DNA from: Dehalococcoidia bacterium | GTDB taxonomy: Bacteria > Chloroflexota > Dehalococcoidia > Lucifugimonadales > VXLM01 | Assembly: GCA_963662435.1 (NCBI GenBank) | Contig: OY759598.1 | Coordinates: 3,194,507-3,258,506 of the forward strand | DNA length: 64,000 nt | Direction: 5' to 3' | Program-made: the position numbers and the translations under genes | Part shown: positions 39,063 to 48,977 of the stretch, piece after piece | How the letters are laid out: every line of letters begins with the position of its first letter | How positions within the stretch are numbered: position 1 is the first letter of the stretch | Notes under the pieces: model-generated | Databases searched by the model: none | What the model saw: only the letters and a program-made list of their open reading frames with translations | Told to the model about the DNA's origin: nothing

Positions 39063-40301
39063 TCACTCCTGCGACATTTCGGCCATACGCTGCAGTGGAG
39101 ATTTAACTCTCGTGAGCAGCAGGATGGCGGTGACGAACAGCGCTGCAACGGCCATGAAGGCCGGTCCATAACTGTCCAGGTAGTCGAACGACGCTCCGGC
39201 CATGAGCGGCCCGGCGACCGCCGCGATCATTCCGACAAGGCCCGACAGCCCGGCAATGCTCCCGAAATACTTCAGCCCGAAGTTCTCCTGAAGCAGCAGC
39301 GTGACAAGGACACCGTAAGCGCCGAAGAAGAACCCGAAAATGGGCACGATGACCCACAGGTGAAGTCCTACCGGGTAGGCCACGATCACCGAGATGAGAG
39401 CCGTCTGACCCCCGAGGCTGAGCATCATGGCTATGCGGGCGGTGAACCGCTCTGCCAGGTAGCCGAACACTCCCTTGCCGGCCATGCCGAATCCTGCCAG
39501 CAGCGACAGCAGCGTAACAACGGTCGCGTCGTCAGTCCCCTGGTCGAGCAGGTGGGTGCTTATCTGAGGCAGCAGCGCGCTGTAGGTGAAAGAGCCAAGG
39601 GCAGTCGCCACCGTCACGTAGTAGAAGGCATCGGAGCGCAGGGCCTGCTTGACGGTAAGACCCGCAAGACCGGACGTGGCGGACGAAGATTTGGCCCCTA
39701 GCGTTGCGGTGGACCTGCCGGGAGTGCGCTCGTGAACGAAGAGGGCGGCCAGGAGAGCGACCGCGAACGCCAGAATGCCTGTGACAACGAATGCCGAGCC
39801 CCATGTGGCAACCGCCAGGACGTATCCCGTCAGTATCGGCACGGTCAGTCCGCCGAAGTTGTTGCCCATCATCGCGAACCCCATGGCGCGGCCCTTCGAC
39901 TTTGGGAACCACAGCCCGACGAGTCTTCCGGCGGGAAGCGTGTTCATCCCCGAGAACGCGAAGAACTGAAGAAAGCTCAGGGCGTAGAAATGCCAAAGCT
40001 CGGTCATCATGGGCCGCAGCACCAGGCTCACGCCGAATAGGGCCAATGTGCCCGCGAGCAGCGGCCTCGCTCCGTGGTTGTCCATGAACCTTCCGAGCAG
40101 CGGCGCGGTCATACTGCCGATGGCCCAGAAGGACAGCGATCCCAGGATAGCGGTGCGGTTCCACCCGAACGTCTCTTCGAGAGGCTCAACGTAAAGCCCG
40201 AAAGCGTAGTTGCTGGAACCAATGGTGAGCGCCGACGACAGGAATACGATCCCAACGATAACCCAGCCGTCGAACTCCCTACGGCGGGCGCGAAGCACCA
40301 T
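39063..40301 (-). CDS. MFS transporter
   Basis: About 12 TM helices, GRFMDNHGAR and GYLAERF motifs, WFPKSKGRAMG. Start set at MVLRARR; the longer called ORF extends antisense into the IS fragment. Confidence 0.9.
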   Translation of the reverse strand: MVLRARRREFDGWVIVGIVFLSSALTIGSSNYAFGLYVEPLEETFGWNRTAILGSLSFWAIGSMTAPLLGRFMDNHGARPLLAGTLALFGVSLVLRPMMTELWHFYALSFLQFFAFSGMNTLPAGRLVGLWFPKSKGRAMGFAMMGNNFGGLTVPILTGYVLAVATWGSAFVVTGILAFAVALLAALFVHERTPGRSTATLGAKSSSATSGLAGLTVKQALRSDAFYYVTVATALGSFTYSALLPQISTHLLDQGTDDATVVTLLSLLAGFGMAGKGVFGYLAERFTARIAMMLSLGGQTALISVIVAYPVGLHLWVIVPIFGFFFGAYGVLVTLLLQENFGLKYFGSIAGLSGLVGMIAAVAGPLMAGASFDYLDSYGPAFMAVAALFVTAILLLTRVKSPLQRMAEMSQE

Positions 40302-40374
40302 GTCGGCAGCCCGGTCTGAAAACATCGCGGCATATGGTACACCAGCAACGGCGAGTCGTGGACGGCACGTTACC

Positions 40375-40824
40375 GATGAAGCGACCGCCGGGTGGTGGCC
40401 AAGGTGGAGTGGCATCAGGGAGAGCTGTTCCCTCGGGTAGGCTTCATCGTCACGAACATGACGGCAGGCCCCGAAGGAGTGGTTCGATTCTACAGTCGTT
40501 GTGGGACAGCCGAGCAGTGGATCAAGGAAGGCAAGTACGCGCTGAACTGGACTCGGCTGTCGTGCCATCGTTTCGTGGCCAACCGGGTGCGTCTGACTCT
40601 GTTCATTCTGGCGTACAACCTTGGGAACTTCCTTCGCCGACTGTGTCTGCCCAAGGCGTTCAAGCACTGGTCTCTGCAGAGCGTGCAGGTCAAGCTGATC
40701 AAGATGGGAGGCCGTCTGGTGCGGCACTCCCGGCGGTTGATCTTCCAGTTATCCGAGGTGTCGGTTCCTCGACGGTTGCTCCAGGGAGTGTTGGATCGTA
40801 TCGGCCGGTTATCACCGGCACCAA
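40375..40824 (+). mobile_element. IS1380-family transposase C-terminal fragment
   Basis: RRVVAKVEWHQGELFPRVGFIVTN...AEQWIKEGK...NRVRL.LFILAYNLGNF...KLIKMGGRLVRHSR. Confidence 0.85.
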
Positions 40825-40946
40825 GAAACTATCTCAAAATTCACTTCCGCGAGTTTTCTCCACGCAAATACTCAACTGAAACACGTTCGCCCTGAGCCTG
40901 TCGAAGGGCAATTCTCTGCCAACGCATATAATTTTGAGATGATCTC
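40825..40946. mobile_element. 122-bp MITE, copy 1
   Basis: Ends GAAACTATCTCAAAATT and AATTTTGAGATGATCTC form imperfect TIRs; flanks CAA/TAA. Confidence 0.9.
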
Positions 40947-41194
40947 TAAACTGAGGAAGGGTACAACCACGATTGTGCCAAGAGGGAGAGCGCTCCAGGG
41001 AGTCGGCTTGTCTTCACTGCGCTTTCACCCCATTGACGGAGGCCCGAAGACGACAAAGATGGACAAGAAGCATTGTTCACGGCGAGAATCGCATCCCTTA
41101 TTGGATAGACCGGAGAATGACTGGCCTTGCAGGACCTGACAATAATTGCCACTATCTCGTTTGGACTGCCCATTGAGCCTGAAGACTCCCTATA

Positions 41195-41447
41195 TGAGGA
41201 ATACCGGCTACAACCGCGCGGCTGAGGCGTGGTGGAAGATGGCTGAGGCGTACAGGCGCGAAGACCTGGACACTGAGGACGACCGGGCGCTGATAGAGCA
41301 GGTGTCGAGCCGGAGGCGGGTGCAGGGGTGAGACGAGCGGATACGGCTGCAGAGCAAGAGCGAGATGCGGGGGCCGCCGGACGAGGCGGACGCGCTGGCG
41401 ATGACGTTTGCGGCGCCCCGGAGGGGAGGGGTCAAGATATGGGTGTG
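41195..41447 (+). pseudogene. Phage terminase large subunit C-terminal remnant
   Basis: NRAAEAWWKM...DDRALIEQVSSRR, a break, then RIRLQSKSEMRGPPDEADALAMTFA, resembling the ESK..M....SPD.ADAL..TF end of terminases. Confidence 0.6.
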
Positions 41448-41621
41448 AGGGGGAGTCTGACTAGAAGGTAACAGAATAAAAGGGATTCATATACACTTTA
41501 TAGTATCTTCATAATCGTCTGGCAGGTTCGCGGCGGGAGCGGCATGTAGCCGCCAGTCACGAGGAGGCCTGCTAGGCGGCTCGGTCCCGCTCATACGCCA
41601 CATCCAGGCCGGGAGGACACC

Positions 41622-42089
41622 TTGGAGAAGCTGGTTGCCGACACGATCGAAGACCTCCATTCGATCATCGTCCACTTTCCGATCGCGCTTCTCGTGCTGC
41701 TGGCGGCCCTGACGCTCTACCTGGTCCTGCGACCCGGACCGGGGATGCTCCAGACCACCTGGCTGCTCCTCGTGGTAGGCACCGTCGGCGCCGTCGCCGC
41801 CACGGTCTCCGGGCTGGTCTCACACTTTCCGTACGAGGAGACGGACCTTCACGGCGTCATCGAACAGCACCAGTGGTGGAGCTTCGGGGTCACCGTGCTC
41901 TTCATCGCGGCTACCATCTGGCGGTTCGTCTCTCGTCGACGAGGATCGGACTGCGGAGCGTCCGTCCCGTTCCTGGCGGTCGTCGCGGCTGGAACGGGCC
42001 TCCTCGTGATGTCCGGCATGACGGGAGGAGACCTCGTCTTCGACTACGGGATCAACGTCCGAGGCGTTAATCCCCTGTTGGACCCATAG
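41622..42089 (+). CDS. DUF2231-type membrane protein
   Basis: LHSIIVHFPIALL...H...GGDLVFDYG with 4 TM helices. Confidence 0.85.
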   Translation: MEKLVADTIEDLHSIIVHFPIALLVLLAALTLYLVLRPGPGMLQTTWLLLVVGTVGAVAATVSGLVSHFPYEETDLHGVIEQHQWWSFGVTVLFIAATIWRFVSRRRGSDCGASVPFLAVVAAGTGLLVMSGMTGGDLVFDYGINVRGVNPLLDP

Positions 42090-42193
42090 ACCTCGACGCG
42101 GGCTCACCCATCGCCGCGCTTTCGAAGGAGGACGCGATCTGGCCATCGGGTTATCATGGGACGGTTGGAGACCCGAACACGCCAAGACGATGG

Positions 42194-42440
42194 ATGAAGT
42201 ACCCCGCGCTGATCGAGTGTGAGTCCGGCACAGTGGGCATCACCTTTCCCGACTTAGAAACTATCTCAAAATTCACTTCCGCGAGTTTTCTCCACGCAAA
42301 TACTCAACTGAAACGCGTTCGCCCTGAGCCTGTCGAAGGGCAATTCTCTGCCAACGCATATAATTTTGAGATGATCTCTTAGCCCCCTTCACAGTGGGCT
42401 CCAACGAGGTCTTCCTCTTATCTAGGTGGGGAATCTAGGG
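42194..42440 (+). pseudogene. HicB-like antitoxin remnant interrupted by MITE copy 2
   Basis: MKYPALIECESGTVGITFPDL, then the MITE, then APFTVG. Removing the MITE gives FPDLAPFTVG, similar to HicB FPDLPGCFT.G. Confidence 0.6.
42257..42378. mobile_element. 122-bp MITE, copy 2
   Basis: Near-identical to copies 1 and 3; flanked by TTA on both sides. Confidence 0.92.
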
Positions 42441-42736
42441 TAGATTGTCACCGACGCCACCAATCATGAAAGAGACGATGGCCTCTCTGTCGCCCCAGCC
42501 TGATGGCAGGAGCCGGGAACTGGATTCCTGCCCCGTATCGAGGTACGGGGTGACGTTCCTTCGCAGGAATGACGATGGGGGGTGGCACAAAGGCTACTGT
42601 CAGAGGAACGACACGGCCATTGACGGGTTACGCACAGTCGGTGTGACGACGACTGAGCCGAGCGAAGCGCTCTCACAGAGTCTGAACGGTCGCCAGCCGT
42701 CTTGACAGAATGATGCTGTGATGCGATGATGCTGCT

Positions 42737-42964
42737 ATGCGTACGACGGTATCTATTGACGATGATGTCTTGGCAGTTGCCCGGGCGCTGGCAGAGCGAA
42801 AGGGAAGCAGCCTCGGCAGCGCCCTGTCGGAGCTGGCCCGGCGCGGCCTTCAGAGTGGGATCATCAACAACGATGTCACGGAAGGCACCACCTTTCCCGC
42901 TCCCGCCGATGCCGGACCCATCACCAGCGAGGACGTCTACCGGTCACTGGGCGACTGGCCTTGA
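42737..42964 (+). CDS. Ribbon-helix-helix antitoxin (VapB-like)
   Basis: MRTTVSIDDDVLAVARALA...LSELARRGL; overlaps the PIN gene start. Confidence 0.85.
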   Translation: MRTTVSIDDDVLAVARALAERKGSSLGSALSELARRGLQSGIINNDVTEGTTFPAPADAGPITSEDVYRSLGDWP

Positions 42965-43395
42965 TCGCGCTGTTGGATGTCAACGTCCTTATTGCCCTCG
43001 CCTGGCCCAACCACGTGCACCACTCGGCGGCCAGGACATGGTTCGAGGTACGTCGGGAGGAAGGCTGGGCCACTTGTCCATTGACGGAGGCGGGTTTCGT
43101 CCGCGTGTCCTGCAATCCGTCGGTCGTTCGACACACCGTCACGCCTCTCGAAGCCATCGCTGTCTTGCAGAGGCTCTCTCAGTTGGGTTCTCACACTTTC
43201 TGGCCCCAGGATCAGTCCATCATGCACCTGCCCGAGTCGATTGGCATACGTCTCCAGGGATACCGTCAGGTTACGGACGCCGTGTTGCTGGCCGCCGCCA
43301 TGCAGCGAAACGGACAGCTGGCCACGCTTGACGGAGGCATGGAGAGGTTGGTCACAGAGAGCCAACGCGCCTCCCTTTGTGTTATCCCGGTGTGA
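42961..43395 (+). CDS. vapC: VapC PIN-domain toxin
   Basis: LLDVNVLIAL...TEAGFVR...QVTDAVLL...LATLD. Confidence 0.9.
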   Translation: MIALLDVNVLIALAWPNHVHHSAARTWFEVRREEGWATCPLTEAGFVRVSCNPSVVRHTVTPLEAIAVLQRLSQLGSHTFWPQDQSIMHLPESIGIRLQGYRQVTDAVLLAAAMQRNGQLATLDGGMERLVTESQRASLCVIPV

Positions 43396-43556
43396 GCCGG
43401 TTGAGGATCGAACCCGGAGTGACAATTGGGGAAGTGTTTACCGACACTGAGTTCATTCGCTATGTCGAATAACCTGCGTTCGATTAAGCATCGGCGGCCC
43501 GTCTGGTAGAATGTGCCGCGCTGACACTCTCAAATTCCACTTGAAAGGGACCGTCT

Positions 43557-44537
43557 ATGCCCCGACCACGCGCCTTCATTAGCAGAGAAATCTTCCCGGA
43601 TGCACTGGACATGATCAGGGCAGAAGTGGATGCCGAGGTGTGGCCGGACGAATTGCCACCTCCTCCCGAGGTGCTGCTCGAAAAATCCAGAGGCGTTGAC
43701 GGTATTCTCTGCCTTCTCACCGACAAGATCGACGGTGAGTTCATGGACGCCGTCGGCCCGCAGCTCAAGGTCATAAGCCAGATCGCAGTCGGGTTCGACA
43801 ATATCTATATCCCGGATGCCACTCGACGCGGCATTCCCGTCGGAAATACGCCGGAGGTGCTGACACAGACGACGGCGGACGCCGCGTGGGCTCTGCTGCT
43901 GGGGGCGGCACGCCGGATGGGAGAGGGCGAACGCGCCGTGCGTGCGGGCAACTGGCGCACGTGGCACCCCCTCCACTACCTCGGCCAGGACGTCTACGGC
44001 GCCACGCTCGGAGTTATTGGCATGGGCCGTATCGGGTTCGAGGTCGCCAAGCGCTCCTTGGGCTTCAACATGAGGGTCCTCTACTACGACATTGTCAGAC
44101 AGGAAGAATTCGAAGAAAGACTCCCCATGGAGTACGTCGATTTGGACACGCTCCTCTCTGAATCCGACTTCGTATCGCTCAACACTGTACTCAATGATTC
44201 GACCCACCACCTCATCAACGAAGAGGCTCTATCGAAGATGAAGCCCAGTTCGGTGCTGGTGAACGCCTCCCGCGGACAGATCGTCGATCAGGAGGCGCTG
44301 TATGGGGCCCTTAGCACGGGCCAAATTGCGGCGGCCGGACTCGACGTCACCGACCCGGAGCCGATAGCCGACGACGATCCGCTCCTCACTCTCGGAAACT
44401 GCGTGATCGTCCCGCACATCGCCAGCGCCAGCGTCGCCACGAGGCGGGAGATGTCGCGCATCGCCGCCGTCAACCTCCTGAACGGTATCAATGGCGAACG
44501 TCTCATCACCTGCGTCAACCCGGAAGTCTACATCTGA
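43557..44537 (+). CDS. D-2-hydroxyacid dehydrogenase (glyoxylate reductase / D-glycerate dehydrogenase)
   Basis: AVGFDN, GMGRIG, NASRG, GLDVTDPEP, PHIASA. Confidence 0.92.
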   Translation: MPRPRAFISREIFPDALDMIRAEVDAEVWPDELPPPPEVLLEKSRGVDGILCLLTDKIDGEFMDAVGPQLKVISQIAVGFDNIYIPDATRRGIPVGNTPEVLTQTTADAAWALLLGAARRMGEGERAVRAGNWRTWHPLHYLGQDVYGATLGVIGMGRIGFEVAKRSLGFNMRVLYYDIVRQEEFEERLPMEYVDLDTLLSESDFVSLNTVLNDSTHHLINEEALSKMKPSSVLVNASRGQIVDQEALYGALSTGQIAAAGLDVTDPEPIADDDPLLTLGNCVIVPHIASASVATRREMSRIAAVNLLNGINGERLITCVNPEVYI

Positions 44538-44570
44538 CCGACGACAATCACAGTCAGGAGCGTATCGAGA

Positions 44571-47078
44571 ATGCAAGATTACGAACCTCTCGACATTTCC
44601 CGCTCGTGCAACTCCGGCACCGAGATTCTCGGCAGCGGTGGCGCTCACGTGGAGATGGGTCTCCGGTCGTTCCGGGGCCTCCCCTTCATGATCGGCGGTC
44701 TCGCCGGCGGAATTGGAGGCAACGCTTTCATTGCGCCCTCGCCAAACGGGGGCAGCGTATCCGTTCCGGTCGGCAAGCCGGCGAGGCGGGTGCTGTTCGC
44801 TCACGCGCTGCTCGAAACGAAGCTGGACCAGGGCGGACGACTCGGTGAGCCGGTCGCGGAATATGTGTTCCACCTGTCCGGCGGTAGGCAGGAACGGGTG
44901 AATATTCGAGAACGCTTCGAGATCGCGGCCAGCCCATCATTCCCGCCGGGAACTCCAGGCCCTCCGTATCGCGCCGTGACCGACAGCAAGGCGACCTTGA
45001 TGCCCCGCTATGAGGGAGAGTTCGCGGAGGCCGGGAAACGCCAGACCGAGGCGAACCAGGCTTCAGCGGAACTTTGCTGGCTCTGGTCGTGGGAGAACCC
45101 CGAACCCGATTCCTCGATAGAGACCATCGAGATCCTCCCTGCGGGTATGCGCTTTTTCGTAGCCGCAATCACCCTGGGACACCTCGATGAGCACCCCTTC
45201 CCCAGAGAGGGACGGCGCCCTGCCAAGATCACCCTGCTCGACGAGGCCGACGCCTCAAAGCCGTTCGATGTCGAAGTCGAGGTCGACCGTGGCGACGCTA
45301 CTTACGTCTTCCCCCTGCCCGCCGTGTCATCCGACGAGTTCCTCGCCGCCCCGTACTCTTGGGGACAGGACGACAACGATTCGTCCAGCCCGTCCTACGT
45401 GGAGATTGCCGCCACGCCGTCCGCGACTGTGACCGTCAAGCGGGGCGATGCCGAGGTCGGCAAGGCCACCTGGGGCGATGTGGTCGATAGCGGGGCCGTG
45501 GAGACCGAAAAGGTCAAGATCGAGCTCATCGACCCCGGCAAGAACTGGGTCCATGTCACGGTCGTCGACGACGAGACGGGGCGTCCCGTACCCAGCCGAG
45601 TCCACTTCCGCTCGCCCGAAGGAGTGCCCTACCAGCCCCACGGACACCACAATCAGGTCAACTCCAATCTGGGAACGTGGCATAACGACGTGGGAGGCGA
45701 TCTGCGTCTTGGGCAGACGGCCTTCGCATACATCGACGGAACGTGCCAGGGGTGGTTGCCGCGCGGAGAGGTCGTCGTGGACGTGTCGCGCGGATTCGAG
45801 TACGAGCCGCTGCGAACGAAGGTCTCCATCGAGCCCGGCCAGCGCGAGCTTGAGCTGCGCCTCAAGCGATGGACGAACATGAACGCCCAGGGCTGGTACA
45901 GCGGCGACTCGCACGTCCACTTCCTGTCACCGACCGGGGCGCACCTGGAGGCGCAGGGCGAGGACCTCGACGTGGTGAACCTCCTCCAGTCGCAGTGGGG
46001 GAGCCTCTTCACCAACACGGAGGACTTCACCGGCGAAGCCAGCGTCTCGGAGCGTGGCGAAAGCATCGTCTACGTGGGACAGGAAAACCGGCAGCATTTC
46101 ATGGGCCACATGATCCTCTGGGGCCTCAAGAGGCCGATAATGCCGTGGTGCAGTGACGGGCTGGGCGAGGCCGAGATCGGCGGCAGCATGGAGACCACCC
46201 TCAGCTACTGGGCCGACGAGGCACACGCCCAGGGAGGCTTCGTCGTCAATCCTCACTTCCCCAACCCTAACGGGGAACCCGCCTCCCTCGTGGCGACCGG
46301 ACGTCTCGACGGCGTCGAGATGATCCGCCAGACCGAGTTTAACCACATCGAGTACTACCGCTACCTGAACGGCGGCTACCGGCTCCCCCTCGTTGGCGGC
46401 ACCGACAAGATGTCCAGCGACGTGCCGGTCGGCCTGTACCGCACCTACGCCAAGCTCCCCGACGACGAGGAATTCGGCTACAACTCGTGGTGCCGCAGCG
46501 TCGCGAGCGGGAGGACGTTCCTCAGTGGTGGGCCTATCATCCATTTTTCCGTAGACGGCAAGGCCATTGGCGACACGGTAGCTATCTCAGGGCCGGGCAC
46601 CGTCGAGGTCGAGGCGTGGGCCGAGAGCATCTTCCCCATCAACGTTCTGCAGATCGTCCGAGACGGCAAGGTCGTCGCTCAGGCCGAGTCCACCACCGGC
46701 ACGCGTCGGCTGGAGCTGAATGAGAAGATCACCGTCGACAAGCACACGTGGCTGGCCGCGAGATGCGGCGGCCCTGAGTACATGGGGAATTTCTACCACA
46801 TAGACGCCATGGCGCGCGGCATGTTCGCCCACACGTCGCCCATCTACGTGTCCGTCGGGGGCGACTGGTGGATGTTCAGCGAGGAGACGGCGCGGTACAT
46901 GCTCACGCTCATCGAGGGCAGCATCTCCTACATCCGCGACACGTCGGCACAGCACACGCACGGCGGAGTCACCCACCACCACGGCCAGGACGACCACATC
47001 GCCTACCTCGAAGCACCCTTCCACGAGGCCAACGCTGCGGTGCATGAACGTGCTCAGCGGCTGGGGTTTAAGCTGTAG
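44571..47078 (+). CDS. CehA/McbA-family (PHP-like) metallohydrolase, paralog 1
   Basis: GWYSGDSHVH, GHMIL, HFP, YYRYLNGGYRLPLVGGTD, RTY, GRTF.SGGP, AHTSPIY. Confidence 0.85.
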   Translation: MQDYEPLDISRSCNSGTEILGSGGAHVEMGLRSFRGLPFMIGGLAGGIGGNAFIAPSPNGGSVSVPVGKPARRVLFAHALLETKLDQGGRLGEPVAEYVFHLSGGRQERVNIRERFEIAASPSFPPGTPGPPYRAVTDSKATLMPRYEGEFAEAGKRQTEANQASAELCWLWSWENPEPDSSIETIEILPAGMRFFVAAITLGHLDEHPFPREGRRPAKITLLDEADASKPFDVEVEVDRGDATYVFPLPAVSSDEFLAAPYSWGQDDNDSSSPSYVEIAATPSATVTVKRGDAEVGKATWGDVVDSGAVETEKVKIELIDPGKNWVHVTVVDDETGRPVPSRVHFRSPEGVPYQPHGHHNQVNSNLGTWHNDVGGDLRLGQTAFAYIDGTCQGWLPRGEVVVDVSRGFEYEPLRTKVSIEPGQRELELRLKRWTNMNAQGWYSGDSHVHFLSPTGAHLEAQGEDLDVVNLLQSQWGSLFTNTEDFTGEASVSERGESIVYVGQENRQHFMGHMILWGLKRPIMPWCSDGLGEAEIGGSMETTLSYWADEAHAQGGFVVNPHFPNPNGEPASLVATGRLDGVEMIRQTEFNHIEYYRYLNGGYRLPLVGGTDKMSSDVPVGLYRTYAKLPDDEEFGYNSWCRSVASGRTFLSGGPIIHFSVDGKAIGDTVAISGPGTVEVEAWAESIFPINVLQIVRDGKVVAQAESTTGTRRLELNEKITVDKHTWLAARCGGPEYMGNFYHIDAMARGMFAHTSPIYVSVGGDWWMFSEETARYMLTLIEGSISYIRDTSAQHTHGGVTHHHGQDDHIAYLEAPFHEANAAVHERAQRLGFKL

Positions 47079-47166
47079 GGGGCCGTGAAGGTCGAGAGAA
47101 TTTAGAATTTTCAGCATTACCGGAGGCGCATTGTCCGGTTACCTACAGTTTGATTAGGAGCGCAGT

Positions 47167-47664
47167 ATGAGATTCGAACACGTCACCTACGAAGAGAAGA
47201 CAGGTAGGAATTCGAAGCAAATTGAGTCGTACAACTTTCACAAGGCGGCGTCGGTGCTAGCTGAGTATGGATTCGACTGCATTAGAATCTCCAATGATTG
47301 GCGTGGGGCCGACTTCTTGGCCTATCGCTCGGATAGCGGCCAAACCCTTGAAGTTCAGCTCAAGACTTGCCTAGTAATCGCCGAGAAGTATCGAGACTAC
47401 GAAGATCTCTATATGTGTTTCCCGCTTGACGGGACAGGCAACTGGTATCTCATCAAACATAGTTGTTTGATGGATATTGTGCGGAATAATTCTGATTGGA
47501 TGGACTCAAACAAGTGGAAGAATGAAGAGGAATATTTTAGTTATAGGGGAAATGAGGCCATGAGAGAAGCGCTCAAGGATTTTGCGTATGAGTCAAAGCA
47601 GAATCATCTTGGCTTCAGAGAGGCCGCTGAGCATATGAAGACAACCCAAGCCTCTCAGACCTAG
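47167..47664 (+). CDS. Hypothetical protein, possible PD-(D/E)xK nuclease fold
   Basis: AT-richer ORF with an AGGAG RBS; E...GADFLAY...EVQLK pattern. Confidence 0.65.
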   Translation: MRFEHVTYEEKTGRNSKQIESYNFHKAASVLAEYGFDCIRISNDWRGADFLAYRSDSGQTLEVQLKTCLVIAEKYRDYEDLYMCFPLDGTGNWYLIKHSCLMDIVRNNSDWMDSNKWKNEEEYFSYRGNEAMREALKDFAYESKQNHLGFREAAEHMKTTQASQT

Positions 47665-47763
47665 GACGACCACATCGCCTACCTCGAAGCACCCTTCCAC
47701 GAGGCCAACGCGGCAGTGCATGAGCGGGCTCAGCGGCTGGGGATCCGGCTTTAGGGGGCAGTG
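47663..47763. repeat. Duplicate of the 3' end of the 44571-47078 gene (partner ~46988-47087)
   Basis: AGGACGACCACATCGCCTACCTCGAAGCACCCTTCCACGAGGCCAACGC is identical in both copies; the sequence then diverges through the stop codon and TAGGGGGC. Confidence 0.95.
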
Positions 47764-47887
47764 TCGGTGTGAGGAAACGTTAGCTTTATTTCCTCTTGGC
47801 GTGGCGCAGACCCGATCACCCTTTGCGTTGCGGGAAAAGCCGGCGTAAATTAATGCTGTGACTCACAGAAACTGTGAGACTGTGAAC

Positions 47888-48193
47888 ATGAAGAACATCA
47901 CCGTATCCGTCGATGAGGAGACACATCGGACCGCCCGCATCAGGGCGGCTGAGTTGGGCACGTCGGTATCGGCGCTGGTGCGCAACTACCTCAGGAGTTT
48001 GTCAAGGGACGGCGTCAGTGGGGCAGCGGACACCCGGTCCGGCGCAGCGACGTCAGGCGCGCTTCGGCGCACTGAGTTGGACGATGTGATTGCGGACTTC
48101 GAGGCGCGCGGCGTAGGCCTGCGCATGTCCGATAACCTGACCCGCGACGAGTTGTACGACGAAGCAATGAACGGCCCTGATGCGGTTCGTTGA
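47888..48193 (+). CDS. Ribbon-helix-helix antitoxin-like protein
   Basis: MKNITVSVDEETHRTARIRAAELGTSVSALVR...LTRDELYD; CTGTGA repeats upstream. Confidence 0.8.
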   Translation: MKNITVSVDEETHRTARIRAAELGTSVSALVRNYLRSLSRDGVSGAADTRSGAATSGALRRTELDDVIADFEARGVGLRMSDNLTRDELYDEAMNGPDAVR

Positions 48194-48284
48194 CACCAAC
48201 GTGCTGCTCTACGCGGTGAGTCTCTCGCCGGATGGCTGGGATTCCGCCTCCGAACGGCGAACGTATCAAACACGCCGTCCGTAA
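48180..48284 (+). pseudogene. Truncated PIN toxin
   Basis: MRFVDTNVLLYAVS followed by unrelated sequence and an early stop. Confidence 0.7.
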
Positions 48285-48291
48285 CTTCGGC

Positions 48292-48489
48292 CTAGACGGG
48301 CACCGCCTCAACCGGATCGGGAATGGGAAGTCCCTTCTCCGCCAAGATCGCCAGATGCTCGATTACGGCCTCAGCTATCAGGGCCTTTGTCTCTTCCTCG
48401 GTCTCACCGGCGGCCACACAGCCGGGCAAGTCGGGCAAATGCGCAGCGTAGCCGTTGCCACTCTTCTCAATTACGACCGGGTATGCCAT
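48292..48489 (-). CDS. hicB: HicB-family antitoxin
   Basis: YPVVIEKSGNGYAAHLPDLPGCVAAGETEEE...GLPIP. Confidence 0.88.
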   Translation of the reverse strand: MAYPVVIEKSGNGYAAHLPDLPGCVAAGETEEETKALIAEAVIEHLAILAEKGLPIPDPVEAVPV

Positions 48490-48531
48490 CACGGTTGAAG
48501 ACATCATTCACCTATCGCAGTCCCGCTTGCT

Positions 48532-48705
48532 TCAGGATGCTGATCCACGTCTTCCCACAAAGAAATCGGCGGGCAGCAGCGTAGTCTTGTCGGCCCCAGT
48601 GTCTACGAGGAATGAGACGTCGCTCCAAGTCTCCAATCGTGGAATGAATAAACGCCCCTGTATATAGGGGCGCTTGTTAGCGTGGCCGAATCTACCCCGC
48701 AACAT
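48532..48705 (-). pseudogene. Truncated retropepsin-like aspartyl protease joined to a HicA C-terminal scrap
   Basis: MLRGRF...FLVDTGADKT, stopping after 57 aa. Another frame reads KTWISILKQAGLR* (HicA-like end) just before hicB. Confidence 0.7.
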
Positions 48706-48977
48706 CAGAGGATCACCGTCCTAGGCTTGTCGTGAATGAACCTGACAATTGCCTGTTCGCGCGACAAGCCCTCCGAGTCGAGCTGCGCCAATACGGAATC
48801 CAACGACGCGCCATGGGCTCGAACTCCGCCGGTGTGGACAGCGATCCACTGCCCGGAAAAACGTTCAATCACACGATCATGGCTTGGCTCAGAGAGGCTC
48901 TTTGCCGTTTTGTCGAAAGCCTGCAACTCCTCGTCAACCTTTCGAGGGTCACCTATGAGCTTAATGACCTCGTCCAT
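48705..48977 (-). CDS. DUF5678-like small protein
   Basis: RFSGQWIAVHTGGVRAHG.SL; coupled by overlap to the aspartyl protease ORF. Confidence 0.7.
   Translation of the reverse strand: MDEVIKLIGDPRKVDEELQAFDKTAKSLSEPSHDRVIERFSGQWIAVHTGGVRAHGASLDSVLAQLDSEGLSREQAIVRFIHDKPRTVIL

Noticed and set aside
40302..40727. N-terminal extension of the MFS ORF
   Set aside because: It is antisense to the IS1380 transposase fragment; MFS similarity starts near 40301.
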